Assembly: GCA_944371905.1 (NCBI GenBank)
Contig: CALVYA010000006.1
Coordinates: 5,358 to 69,357 of the forward strand
Source of the DNA: an uncultured Bacilli bacterium
Lineage (GTDB): Bacteria > Bacillota_I > Bacilli_A > RF39 > UBA660
Reading direction: 5' to 3'
Length of the DNA: 64,000 bases
Position numbers and translations under genes: made by a program. Positions 1 through 9,728 of the stretch are shown one piece after another. The notes under the pieces are model-generated. The model saw only the letters and a list, made by a program, of their open reading frames with translations, did no database searches and was not told the origin of the DNA. Numbering within the stretch: the stretch's first letter is position 1; each line of letters begins with the position of its first letter.

Positions 1-34
1 TAAAATAAAAACTATTAATTTATACAATTAATAG

Positions 35-1018
35 TTATCTATCTAATAAATTTAAATTACTAAGCATAACCCCACAACCTTCTGCTACACAGGTTAGTGG
101 ACTTTCCGCAATAAAAATAGGTACACTCAACTCTTTTTCAAATAATTCAGTAAAACCTTTCACTAATGCGCCTCCTCCAGTTAATACAATTCCCTTATCT
201 ACAATATCGGCAGATAATTCTGGAGAAGTTTCTTCCAATACCTTTTTAGTTTCTTTTATTATCTTTAAAGCATGAGGATATAAAGCTTCTTCCACTTCTT
301 TTTCAGATATTTCAATGGTATTAGGTAATCCATTTTCTAAACTTCTTCCTTTTATCTCTCTTTTATTTCCCTTATCGCCTTTATATACAGTTCCCAAATT
401 TAATTTAATCTCTTCGGCAGTTCTCTCTCCTATTAATAATTTATACTTTTCTCTGATATATTCTATGATTGCATTATCAAAAGTATTTCCTGCTATTTTT
501 ACAGAAGAACTATTTACTATTCCACCTAAAGACAATATAGCTATATCTGTGGTCCCTCCGCCTATATCTATAACCATATTAGCACCCGGTTTAGAAATAT
601 CCATTCCTGCTCCTAATGCCGCAACCTTTGGCTCTTCTTCCATAAAAACTTTCTTTGCTCCTAATTTTTCAGCAGCTTCTTTAATAGCATTTTTCTCTAC
701 TGGTGTAATATTAGATGGGCAACAGATTAAAATTCTAGGTTTAGACCACAGCCTTAATCCTTTTACTTTTTTTAACATGTTTGTAAGCATCGCCTCTGTA
801 TATTCAAAGTCTGCTATCACTCCATCTTTAAGTGGTTTTGTTGCTTTTACTTTACCAGGAGTTCTTCCTAACATTTCATTGGCATCTTTTCCTACTGCTA
901 ATACGTTTTTGGTCTCTGAATCAATAGCTAGTACGGAGGGTTCATTTAAAACTATTCCTTGTCCCTTTACATAAACTAATACATTTGCTGTTCCTAAATC
1001 TATTCCAATATCTTTCAT
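35..1018 (-). CDS. mbl: MreB-like actin homologue Mbl
   Basis: IGIDLGTAN, DIGGGTT and LTGGGA actin-fold motifs; follows spoIIID as in Bacillus. Confidence 0.92.
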   Translation of the reverse strand: MKDIGIDLGTANVLVYVKGQGIVLNEPSVLAIDSETKNVLAVGKDANEMLGRTPGKVKATKPLKDGVIADFEYTEAMLTNMLKKVKGLRLWSKPRILICCPSNITPVEKNAIKEAAEKLGAKKVFMEEEPKVAALGAGMDISKPGANMVIDIGGGTTDIAILSLGGIVNSSSVKIAGNTFDNAIIEYIREKYKLLIGERTAEEIKLNLGTVYKGDKGNKREIKGRSLENGLPNTIEISEKEVEEALYPHALKIIKETKKVLEETSPELSADIVDKGIVLTGGGALVKGFTELFEKELSVPIFIAESPLTCVAEGCGVMLSNLNLLDR

Positions 1019-1030
1019 AATCTCCTCTTC

Positions 1031-1279
1031 TTATAATTTTAAATATTTTTGCTTGGTAGACTCTCCTCCTCTAATGTGTCTAACTTCAATATGTTCTTTA
1101 AAAATTTTATCTACTTTTTCATGAAGTTGTATATCTACCTCTTTAAGTCTTTCCTGCAAATCTTTATGCACTGTACTCTTACTAACGTTATAAATATTAG
1201 CAATATCTCTTACAGTACTTTTGTGTTCTAACATGTACAACGCTTCATTTAACACTCTTGTTATAATATATTTATTCAT
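1031..1279 (-). CDS. spoIIID: Stage III sporulation transcription factor SpoIIID
   Basis: STVRDIA..VSKSTVHKDLQERL..RHIRGGESTK signature. Confidence 0.95.
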   Translation of the reverse strand: MNKYIITRVLNEALYMLEHKSTVRDIANIYNVSKSTVHKDLQERLKEVDIQLHEKVDKIFKEHIEVRHIRGGESTKQKYLKL

Positions 1280-1299
1280 ATATACCTTCCTTTAGTAAA

Positions 1300-1327
1300 G
1301 TATATATAAATAACTAAATAGTTATGA
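1300..1327 (-). promoter_or_regulatory. Putative sigmaE promoter of spoIIID
   Basis: Minus strand TCATAAC...TATATACT resembles the sigmaE consensus; spoIIID is sigmaE-dependent in Bacillus. Confidence 0.5.
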
Positions 1328-1349
1328 ATAAAAAAAGGCAAGTAACCGC

Positions 1350-1976
1350 CTATAAATCTTTTATATTTTTATTATAATATTCTTCTGGATTAAGGACTTG
1401 TCCTTCTTTAAAAAGCTCAAAATGTAAATGATTACCTAAATCTTCATTTATTTTAGAAATACCTGTTTTCCCTAAAACTTGTCCTTGTAATACTGTGTCT
1501 CCTTCTTTCACAGTAATAGTGGCTAAGCTTTGATAAACACTAATAATTGAGTTATCATGTTTAATTTCAATAGTATTTCCCAATAAATCATTATTATTTA
1601 CACTAATTACTGTACCATCTAATACAGATACAACATCAAATGCTTCCTCTTTAACATAATCAATACCAGAATTTTGAATATAGGTATTTTCATAATAAAC
1701 AATAGAATTCTTTTGACTTTCTTCATCTGCTTTAAAATCATAGAAACTCTTACCTATAGTTACAGCTGGATCATTATACGGTCTGATAATAACAACCTCA
1801 TCTGTTGCTACCACTGGTGTATCATTTGATAAAATAACATTAGACACATATTTTGGATCCTCTTCTTCTACTGGTACATCTTCAAAAGTTGACATGGCAC
1901 TAATTACAAATATAGTAATTAAGATAACATAAATACTAGGTATTACATATGGCCTTAACTTTAATTTTGTTTTCAT
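1350..1976 (-). CDS. spoIIQ: SpoIIQ-like forespore membrane protein with degenerate LytM/M23 domain
   Basis: N-terminal TM helix; NSGID in place of HxxxD, YQSL, HLHFE; upstream of spoIIID. Confidence 0.8.
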   Translation of the reverse strand: MKTKLKLRPYVIPSIYVILITIFVISAMSTFEDVPVEEEDPKYVSNVILSNDTPVVATDEVVIIRPYNDPAVTIGKSFYDFKADEESQKNSIVYYENTYIQNSGIDYVKEEAFDVVSVLDGTVISVNNNDLLGNTIEIKHDNSIISVYQSLATITVKEGDTVLQGQVLGKTGISKINEDLGNHLHFELFKEGQVLNPEEYYNKNIKDL

Positions 1977-1992
1977 TTTTCCACCTCAATAT

Positions 1993-2021
1993 CAGTTTGA
2001 ACATTTTAGTGGATTTTATAC
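1993..2021 (-). promoter_or_regulatory. Putative sigmaF promoter of spoIIQ
   Basis: Minus strand GTATA-N14-GTTCAAACTG. Confidence 0.5.
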
Positions 2022-2026
2022 ATAAT

Positions 2027-2224
2027 TTAAAATATTTTAGAAGTTAAAAAGAAATCAAAAATAAAATTAGTAATTAAATAAATAAGTGCAATTCCTAATA
2101 AACAATAAAATACTCGAGCTTGTATTACTCTATTTTTTTTAAAGATTTGATTGATATTAACAGAATCCATTGCCCATATAACTATAATAGTTACAAACAC
2201 ATAAATAAAAAATTTAACACTCAT
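2027..2224 (-). CDS. DUF1146/YwzB-family small membrane protein
   Basis: Two hydrophobic helices with the IFKKNRVIQAR motif. Confidence 0.8.
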   Translation of the reverse strand: MSVKFFIYVFVTIIVIWAMDSVNINQIFKKNRVIQARVFYCLLGIALIYLITNFIFDFFLTSKIF

Positions 2225-2669
2225 TGTCTATTCCTTCTTCATAATCTTCAATCATTTTTATGCGTCTATTATGACGATCTAAATTTGAAAATTTTGTTTT
2301 TAAAAAAGTATCAACAATATCTTTAGCTTTAAAAGACATCATACTACCATTCAGTGCTAAAATATTAGCATCATTGTCTTCTCTAGTTAATTTAGCTTCC
2401 TTAACATTATCTACTTTAGCACATCTAATACCTTTTACCTTATTGCAAGCAATAGATACACCTATTCCTGTTCCACATATAATAATTCCAAAATCCACTT
2501 CTTTACTCACTACTTTTTTGCATAATGAAAATGCATATTTAGGATAATCTACGGAAAGAACAGAATCAGTACCTAAATCGATAATATCAAATCCTTTTTT
2601 TTGCAAATAACTGATTAAAGTTGTCTTTAAATGATACCCTTTATGATCACTAGCTATTGCTATTTTCAT
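2214..2669 (-). CDS. rpiB: Ribose-5-phosphate isomerase B
   Basis: ASDHKG, DYP, CGTGIG and ACNKVKGIR motifs. Confidence 0.93.
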   Translation of the reverse strand: MKIAIASDHKGYHLKTTLISYLQKKGFDIIDLGTDSVLSVDYPKYAFSLCKKVVSKEVDFGIIICGTGIGVSIACNKVKGIRCAKVDNVKEAKLTREDNDANILALNGSMMSFKAKDIVDTFLKTKFSNLDRHNRRIKMIEDYEEGIDNEC

Positions 2670-2752
2670 ATAAACACCTCTTTACTATTCATTAGTATAC
2701 CATAATAATGATATTAAATTGTGAAATTTATAAGAAAAAAAGAAAATTGCCA

Positions 2753-2965
2753 TTAATTTTCTTTTTTATCAAAACCATATTTTTTGTTAAATTTATCTAC
2801 TCTTCCTGTATGTGAAGTTCTACTTTGCATTCCTGTATAAAAAGGATGACATTTAGAACAAACTTCTACGTTGATTTCATCTTTAGTAGATCTAACAACA
2901 AAGTTTTCTCCACAAGCACAAGTTACTTTGGTATCTTTATAATTTGGATGTATACCTGCTTTCAT
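2753..2965 (-). CDS. rpmE: 50S ribosomal protein L31 (Zn-binding form)
   Basis: [29 protein letters not shown]. Confidence 0.97.
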   Translation of the reverse strand: MKAGIHPNYKDTKVTCACGENFVVRSTKDEINVEVCSKCHPFYTGMQSRTSHTGRVDKFNKKYGFDKKEN

Positions 2966-2971
2966 TCTATC

Positions 2972-3003
2972 TCTCCTTCCGCCATGATTTAATCAATCAT
3001 AGT
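2972..3003 (-). promoter_or_regulatory. Possible rpmE leader hairpin (L31 autoregulatory element)
   Basis: Minus strand CTATGATT...AATCATGG stem directly before the GGAAGGAG RBS. Confidence 0.35.
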
Positions 3004-3051
3004 AATAATTGCTAATATAGTATAACAATATTTCTTCAAATATGCAACTAT

Positions 3052-3825
3052 TTAATTTAACATTTCACGATCTATAACTTTAATTATTTCTCTACTTATT
3101 ATTTCATATCCTTTTTTATTAGGGTGTATATCTAACGGATTAGGTAAGCATTCTTTATTTTCTGCTATTTTATCTGATATTTTAACATAATAAATATGAT
3201 GTTTGTCACACAATTTTTGATACTCTTGATCAGCATAATTTACTATTTCGTTTATCTTATCTTCATATTTATCCAAATAAGGTAAGGGATTATAGTACCC
3301 TACAACAATAATTGTTCCCTTTGCATATTTTTTAATTATCTCCAATGTATCATCAATATTAGTAAGAATACTATTAATTTTTTTTAAAGCATAACTTTTA
3401 TCTTCTAACATAGAAGGAATTGACGTTAACTTTAATTCACCAATAAAATCATTAGCACCTATAGAAAGTGTTACTAAATCTGATTCCCGTAGCGCTTTCT
3501 TTATATTAATTTCCCTATTATCTACCAAAATACTTTTATTGTAATTGATATCGTTAATTACATCTATCGTTGTGTAGCCACTAACGGCAAAATTAATATA
3601 ACTTTCTAATTTGTTTTCATCGGCTAAATAATCTCTAACATAATCAGTATATCCATAATCATCTACACCATAAGGATTTCTTCCTGCTGCAACAGAATCC
3701 CCTAACGCAACATAATAAAATTCTTGTTTATAAGTTATTGTATAAATAGAAAAAATACCGACACTAATAAAGGATACAATAAAAAGTAATATCCATAATT
3801 TTTTATGTTTCATTTTTGCCTCCAA
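3052..3825 (-). CDS. Membrane-anchored SGNH/GDSL hydrolase
   Basis: N-terminal TM; LGDS, SIGAND and DIHPN catalytic blocks. Confidence 0.88.
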   Translation of the reverse strand: MEAKMKHKKLWILLFIVSFISVGIFSIYTITYKQEFYYVALGDSVAAGRNPYGVDDYGYTDYVRDYLADENKLESYINFAVSGYTTIDVINDINYNKSILVDNREINIKKALRESDLVTLSIGANDFIGELKLTSIPSMLEDKSYALKKINSILTNIDDTLEIIKKYAKGTIIVVGYYNPLPYLDKYEDKINEIVNYADQEYQKLCDKHHIYYVKISDKIAENKECLPNPLDIHPNKKGYEIISREIIKVIDREMLN

Positions 3826-3846
3826 AAAAAAGAAATATTCTATTCA

Positions 3847-5100
3847 TTATATTTCTTTTACTTCTACTTTAGCACCTACATCACTTAATTTTTCAACAAT
3901 ATTCTCATATCCCCTTAAAATATGCTCTATATTATGAATAACAGTTTTTCCTTCTGCTACTAATGCTGCCGCTACCATACTTGCACCTGCTCTTAAATCT
4001 GTCGCTTCTACTTCAGTTCCAATTAACTTAGTAGGACCTTTTATAATAGCTTTCGTACCATTTACTTCAATATTAGCACCCATTTTTTTCAAATAAGGAA
4101 TGTGCATAAAACGATTTTCATAAATGGTCTCTTCTATTATTGACTTACCAGAACACTGTGTCGATAATACCATAAAAGGTTGCTGCAAATCAGTAGGAAA
4201 TCCTGGGAACACTAATGTTGTTACATTAACTGCTTTATATCTATCAGGTTTATTAACTATTAAATAATCATCTCCTATCTCAAGTTCCACTCCCATCTCA
4301 AGTAACTTTGAAGTTAACGCTTCAATATGTTCTGGAATAATATTATCAATTTTTAAATAATTACCAATTAACGCTCCAATAATAGTATAAGTACCTGCTT
4401 CAATTCTATCCGGAATAACTTCATGAAAACATCCATTTAATTTCTCTACGCCTATAATTTTAATTGTACTAGTACCAGCTCCACTGATTCTAGCTCCCAT
4501 ATTATTTAAAAAGGTTGCAACATTAACTATTTCAGGTTCTTTTGCTGCATTATCAATTACTGTTATACCTTTTGCTTTTACTGCTGCCAACATGATATTA
4601 ATCGTGGCTCCTACTGACGCAAAGTCTAAATAAATATTAGCACCTTTTAATTCTTTAGCATCTACTATATATTTATCTCCTTCAATTTGTACAGTGGCTC
4701 CTAATGCTTCAAATCCTTTTAAATGAAAATTAATTGGCCTTGCCCCTATAGAACATCCACCAGGAAAATACATCTCTACATGTTTATACTTACCAAGTAA
4801 TGAACCCATAAAGTAATATGAGGCACGTAATTTCTTAGAAATTTCTGCCGGTATTTCTTTATTTCTTATTGATTTAGGATTAATTACTATACTTTCACTA
4901 GCTCTTCGTACATCTGCACCTAAAAATTCTAGAATTTCGCTTAACGCATCTGTATCCGTTATTTCTGGAACATTACAAATAGTTACATCATCATCAGCCA
5001 AAATTGCTGCTGGTATAAGCGCTACTGAACTATTTTTAGCTCCACTAATTCTAATTGTTCCAGATAACCTATAACCTCCTTGTATCTCTAATACCTTCAT
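3847..5100 (-). CDS. murA: UDP-N-acetylglucosamine 1-carboxyvinyltransferase
   Basis: SGAKNS, LRASYY, PGGCSIGARP, PDRIEAGT, TDLRAGA; occupies the murAB position after fba. Confidence 0.96.
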   Translation of the reverse strand: MKVLEIQGGYRLSGTIRISGAKNSSVALIPAAILADDDVTICNVPEITDTDALSEILEFLGADVRRASESIVINPKSIRNKEIPAEISKKLRASYYFMGSLLGKYKHVEMYFPGGCSIGARPINFHLKGFEALGATVQIEGDKYIVDAKELKGANIYLDFASVGATINIMLAAVKAKGITVIDNAAKEPEIVNVATFLNNMGARISGAGTSTIKIIGVEKLNGCFHEVIPDRIEAGTYTIIGALIGNYLKIDNIIPEHIEALTSKLLEMGVELEIGDDYLIVNKPDRYKAVNVTTLVFPGFPTDLQQPFMVLSTQCSGKSIIEETIYENRFMHIPYLKKMGANIEVNGTKAIIKGPTKLIGTEVEATDLRAGASMVAAALVAEGKTVIHNIEHILRGYENIVEKLSDVGAKVEVKEI

Positions 5101-5143
5101 AATACCTCCACTTCATTATATTTTATTATATTTCGACAAATAA

Positions 5144-5986
5144 TTACCTATTAAAAAACAGATTAATTTTATCATCGATAGCTTTTTTTATTGCTGCTTG
5201 TCCACTTCCAATCACTTTTCTAGGATCATAAACGTTAGGATTTTCTTTAACAAATTCTAAAACTGCATTATGCCATGCAATCTGCAATTCTGTATTAATA
5301 TTAATTTTGCTAATTCCACATGAAATAGCTTTTTTAATATCCTTATCAGGAATTCCCGTTCCACCATGTAAGACCAACGGAATTGGCAGACTATCATTAA
5401 TTAATTTCATTCTTTCAAAATTTAAATTAGGCAATCCCTTATAAAGACCATGAACACTTCCTAATGCAGGCGCCAAAGAATCAACACCTGTAGCTATATA
5501 TAAATTAATACAATCATCTAATGTAGCATGATATATTTCGTTAGAGACTCCATCTTCACTGCCACCAATATGACCAACTTCTGCTTCTACACTAATTCCA
5601 CGCTCATGGGCATAATCAACCACTTTCTTAGTTATCTCAATATTTTTATCAATAGCAAACTTAGACGCATCAATCATCACAGAGGTAAATCCACTATCCA
5701 TTGCTTTTTTACACGATTCAAAACTTGACCCATGATCTAAATGAAGACATACTGGAATCGTTATATTTAAATCTTTTATTAATCCTTGAACCATCTGACT
5801 AACAACAAAATATCCCCCCATATATTTACTAGCACCTTCACTGACACCTAAAATAATTGGGATCTTCTCTTTCTCACATTCTTCCAAAATATACTTTGTC
5901 CATTCTAAATTATTAATATTAAATTGTGGAATAGCATATTTCCCTTTTTTGGCGTCTTGTAACATTTTAATTCCATTTACTAGCAT
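5144..5986 (-). CDS. fba: Class II fructose-bisphosphate aldolase
   Basis: HLDHG, GSVHGLY, LVLHGGTG, KININTE. Confidence 0.95.
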   Translation of the reverse strand: MLVNGIKMLQDAKKGKYAIPQFNINNLEWTKYILEECEKEKIPIILGVSEGASKYMGGYFVVSQMVQGLIKDLNITIPVCLHLDHGSSFESCKKAMDSGFTSVMIDASKFAIDKNIEITKKVVDYAHERGISVEAEVGHIGGSEDGVSNEIYHATLDDCINLYIATGVDSLAPALGSVHGLYKGLPNLNFERMKLINDSLPIPLVLHGGTGIPDKDIKKAISCGISKININTELQIAWHNAVLEFVKENPNVYDPRKVIGSGQAAIKKAIDDKINLFFNR

Positions 5987-6045
5987 TATTTCACCATTCT
6001 TTCTTATATTAATTATAGTAGTTTTTAAATTTAGAAGTCAATAGA

Positions 6046-6591
6046 TTAACTACTATAAAAGAAAAGATATACTATAGATAGACACATTAATACAATACTA
6101 CCCAATAAAGTAGATATCCTTCCAAACTTATCATTTAATTTACTTCCTATAGTTAATCCTAAAAAAGTAAAAATAAAACTAGTAAGTGAAAAAATACCAA
6201 CGGCTAACAATTTATTATCACATACAGCGGATAATCCTATTCCTACCGAAAAACTATCTAAACTAACAGTAAAAGCAAAAAGTATTAAAGTAGATATTCC
6301 CTTTAAATCAACTATTTCTTCCTCTTTAAAAACAGAAATCAACATCTGAATCGAAATTATTAAAAATATGATTCCTACTACAAAATTAGAATCTATTGGT
6401 AACATTTGTAAAATTATAATCCCTATTAAATTTCCTAATAAAGGCATAAAAAAATGAAAAGCACCAACAAAACTAGCTAAAGTCAAAGCCTTTCTTTTGG
6501 TAAAATTTAAAGTACCGTATAATATAGCTAAGGAAAAAGCATCCATACTTAATCCTATAGCTATCATAATTACACTAATTAAATGCATCAT
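6046..6591 (-). CDS. mntP: Manganese efflux pump MntP (YwlD) family
   Basis: LSMDAF and VSLDSFSVG repeats; about six TM helices. Confidence 0.85.
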   Translation of the reverse strand: MMHLISVIMIAIGLSMDAFSLAILYGTLNFTKRKALTLASFVGAFHFFMPLLGNLIGIIILQMLPIDSNFVVGIIFLIISIQMLISVFKEEEIVDLKGISTLILFAFTVSLDSFSVGIGLSAVCDNKLLAVGIFSLTSFIFTFLGLTIGSKLNDKFGRISTLLGSIVLMCLSIVYLFFYSS

Positions 6592-6642
6592 AGTATCAAA
6601 TCCTCTACATTAAAATAATACTATGATTACTTTCAATTAATT

Positions 6643-7167
6643 CTAAAAATATTTATCAATAATTTCTTTGATAAAAGACTTATATTCAATTTCTTCTAAA
6701 TTAGCAGAATTAGTTTCCATTAAACATAGCGGTGGAAATAAGACACACCACCAATTATCGCCTTCACCATTACCTAAAGTAATAACTATAGATTCGTAAT
6801 ATCCTTCTTCATAAATAACGCCTTTATACTTCTTTTCAGGAAATAAATTATATCCAAAATTCACTTTATACTCTACATCATAATTATTTTTTAGTAGAAC
6901 TTCGTTCACACTATCATTAATAAACTCAATGTTATTTTTTAAAATTGTTCTTGCCTCTTCAATATTAGCAACATCTTCTAACAAAGTACTTACCTCATTT
7001 TCAACTTTATTACGAACTACATTTTTCACTAATTGATCTCTGGTAGTATTACTATTAGCAATTACTCTAATCCTTATAGATTCATCAGGAATAATTAAAT
7101 CTTCTGTCGTCTTAGTAGACATAAAAATCACTACAATAACACTTAATATTACCATTATTTTTTTCAT
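6643..7167 (-). CDS. spoIIR: Stage II sporulation protein R
   Basis: IRIRVIANS, FPEKKY, GEGDNWWCVLFPPLC. Confidence 0.95.
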   Translation of the reverse strand: MKKIMVILSVIVVIFMSTKTTEDLIIPDESIRIRVIANSNTTRDQLVKNVVRNKVENEVSTLLEDVANIEEARTILKNNIEFINDSVNEVLLKNNYDVEYKVNFGYNLFPEKKYKGVIYEEGYYESIVITLGNGEGDNWWCVLFPPLCLMETNSANLEEIEYKSFIKEIIDKYF

Positions 7168-7213
7168 TTTATCATCTCTATTTTATAGTGTTAATTATAG
7201 AAAAAAATTAGAC

Positions 7214-7246
7214 AAAAAAAAGCGAATATTATTCGTCATAATTCGC
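7214..7246 (-). terminator. Probable intrinsic terminator after prmC
   Basis: GCGAAT...ATTCGC stem followed by a U-tract on the minus strand. Confidence 0.55.
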
Positions 7247-7250
7247 ATCT

Positions 7251-8069
7251 TTACACGTGATATATAAAAATCATTCTATCTTTTCCAGATAAATCCTTTT
7301 TACTTTCAATAATAACATCTGAAAAATATTTATTAACAATATTTATAATTTTTTCTCTTTGATTCATTCCAATCTCGAACGCTATTAAAAATTTGGATTG
7401 CAAATTTTTTTTACAAGTAGATAAAATTTTTTCATAAAAATATAATCCATCATTATCAGCAAATAAAGCTAAATGAGGTTCATTATTTTTTACAATATCT
7501 TCAATATCTTCATCTCTACTTATATAAGGGGGATTACTTATAATGATATTATATTTATTCTTTATATTATCTAACATATCACTTTTAAGGAAAGTTATTT
7601 CTGCTCCTAAATTATTAGCATTATTGCTAGCAATTTTTAAAGCTTCATCACTGATATCTACACATGTAACTTTTGAATTTTTGATTTTTTTCTTCAAAGT
7701 AATACCAATATTGCCACTACCACACCCAAGATCTATAATAGATACTTCTTCTTTAAAAAATTTATTTATATAGTCTATAGTATAAAAAACTAATTCTTCT
7801 GTTTCAAATCGTGGAATTAAAACACTTTTATTAACATTAAAAGTATAACCATAAAAATTAACATTTCCTAATACATATTGTATGGGCTCTTTATTCATTA
7901 CTTTTTCAATCATTTCTTTGAATTTTACAACTTTAGCATTTTCTACTCGATTATCTAAATAATTTAATAATTCTAAATTATCGTAATTCAAAAGATGACT
8001 AAGTAACATGTATACTTCGTTAGTATGAAGATATTTCTTACCGTAACAGATTAATTCTTCAATTGTCAT
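7251..8069 (-). CDS. prmC: Release factor glutamine methyltransferase
   Basis: LIPRFETEEL, DLGCGSG, SNPPY; follows prfA. Confidence 0.95.
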   Translation of the reverse strand: MTIEELICYGKKYLHTNEVYMLLSHLLNYDNLELLNYLDNRVENAKVVKFKEMIEKVMNKEPIQYVLGNVNFYGYTFNVNKSVLIPRFETEELVFYTIDYINKFFKEEVSIIDLGCGSGNIGITLKKKIKNSKVTCVDISDEALKIASNNANNLGAEITFLKSDMLDNIKNKYNIIISNPPYISRDEDIEDIVKNNEPHLALFADNDGLYFYEKILSTCKKNLQSKFLIAFEIGMNQREKIINIVNKYFSDVIIESKKDLSGKDRMIFIYHV

Positions 8070-9136
8070 TAATTATTACCTTCTAATTGTCTTTTTTGAT
8101 CCTCATTTATTAACGCCTCTATTATTGGATCAATATCTCCTTCCATAACTCGATCTAATTGCATTAAAGTAAATCCTATTCTGTGATCGGTAACTCTATT
8201 TTGTGGATAATTATAAGTCCTGATCTTTTCAGAACGATCCCCTGTACCAATTTTGCTACGTCTTTCAGCGCCTTCTTTTTCTTCTTTTTCTTGTAATTTC
8301 ATATTATATAATCTAGTTTTTAATGTATTAAGAGCCATTTCTTTGTTTTGAATTTGACTACGACCTACTTGGCAATAGACAATAGTTCCAGTAGGAATAT
8401 GGGTAACACGAACGGCTGAATCTGTAGTATTTACTCCTTGACCTCCACATCCAGATGATCTTGTAATATCAATACGTACTTCCGACATATCCAACTGAAA
8501 ATCTAACTCTTCTGCTTCTGGCATAACTAAAACCGTGGCAGTAGAAGTATGAATTCTTCCTTGAGTTTCAGTCACAGGTACCCTTTGAACTCTATGAGCA
8601 CCACTTTCATATTTTAACTTTGAATAAACATTTTTACCTTTAATCATAAAACTAACTAAAGAAAAACCTCCACCATCAGAATGCTCTTCTTCTAAAATTT
8701 CTGTTTTCCAACCTTGTTTTTCAGCATATTTTATATACATACGATAAAGATCACCTGCAAAAATATTAGCTTCGTCTCCCCCAGCAGCACCTCTAATTTC
8801 TACAATAACATTTTTACCGTCATTTGGATCTTTAGGTATTAATAATATTTCTAATTGCTTTTCTAATTCTACTTTTTGCGCTTCTAAATTAATTAATTCT
8901 TCTTTAGCAAATTCAATACTAGCATCATCCTTAAGCATCTCCTTGGCAGCTTCCATATCGTCTAACACCTGTTTATACTTATCAAAACAAACAACTGTAT
9001 CTTCTAAACTGGATACTTCCTTTGATAATTCTCTTGTTTTATTAACATCGCTTAAAATATTTGGATCCAATAATTGATTATTAAGCTCTTCATATCGTTT
9101 TTTTATTGCTTCTAGTCTTTCTATCATTACTATCAT
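8069..9136 (-). CDS. prfA: Peptide chain release factor 1
   Basis: GGQ and PVT motifs, RTYNYPQNRVTDHR. Confidence 0.97.
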   Translation of the reverse strand: MIVMIERLEAIKKRYEELNNQLLDPNILSDVNKTRELSKEVSSLEDTVVCFDKYKQVLDDMEAAKEMLKDDASIEFAKEELINLEAQKVELEKQLEILLIPKDPNDGKNVIVEIRGAAGGDEANIFAGDLYRMYIKYAEKQGWKTEILEEEHSDGGGFSLVSFMIKGKNVYSKLKYESGAHRVQRVPVTETQGRIHTSTATVLVMPEAEELDFQLDMSEVRIDITRSSGCGGQGVNTTDSAVRVTHIPTGTIVYCQVGRSQIQNKEMALNTLKTRLYNMKLQEKEEKEGAERRSKIGTGDRSEKIRTYNYPQNRVTDHRIGFTLMQLDRVMEGDIDPIIEALINEDQKRQLEGNN

Positions 9137-9187
9137 CCCTTCATCTATCGTATTATATCATGACAATACTAAAAAAAGAAACTAAAA

Positions 9188-9622
9188 TTATTGTTCTAAT
9201 TCTAGTTCATCTTCATCCATTATAACTAAGTCTTTTAAATCATCATCGTTGTCATCAAAGTCATCTTCATTAGTGGCATCATCATAGGTTGCCTCTTCCT
9301 CTTCCTCGATTTCATCAGTGATTTCTATATCATCACTTTCATCTTCGTCATCCATAGCAACAGCAACTTTATCTGAAGTATGCCTATCTCTTAAATCCCA
9401 ACAACCATCTTCTAATAAAATAAATCTTTTGTCAGTGGTAAGAGTAGTATAATAATCAGCTATTTTAGTTTCAAATACACTATCAGGTAATTCTAACAAT
9501 GTCGTTATATCTTTAAATAAATCCTTAGTACTTCTTGCGCCTTTTTGTTCTAATAATATATTAGTAATATCTTTATAAGATAATAATTCCCAGTCTTCTT
9601 TACTCATTTTATTTATATCCAT
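9188..9622 (-). CDS. rpoE: RNA polymerase delta subunit
   Basis: YYTTLTTDKRF..WDLR domain plus acidic tail; start refined to the ATG after AGGAGG. Confidence 0.88.
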   Translation of the reverse strand: MDINKMSKEDWELLSYKDITNILLEQKGARSTKDLFKDITTLLELPDSVFETKIADYYTTLTTDKRFILLEDGCWDLRDRHTSDKVAVAMDDEDESDDIEITDEIEEEEEATYDDATNEDDFDDNDDDLKDLVIMDEDELELEQ

Positions 9623-9728
9623 GACATATCCTCCTACGATTAACATTATATGCTAGTAAATATTAATTTGCTTATAAAACAAATCAATAAAACTTATATC
9701 ATTATTTGTAACTAAAATCAACTTGTTT

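Noticed and set aside
315-974. Long antisense ORFs such as 315-974, 22080-22442, 37400-37756 and 54277-54816
   Set aside because: They are shadows of well-supported genes on the opposite strand, with S/I/F/L-biased composition and no RBS.
7249-7264. parS-like CACGTG site at the end of prmC
   Set aside because: The arms have several mismatches to TGTTNCACGTGAAACA.
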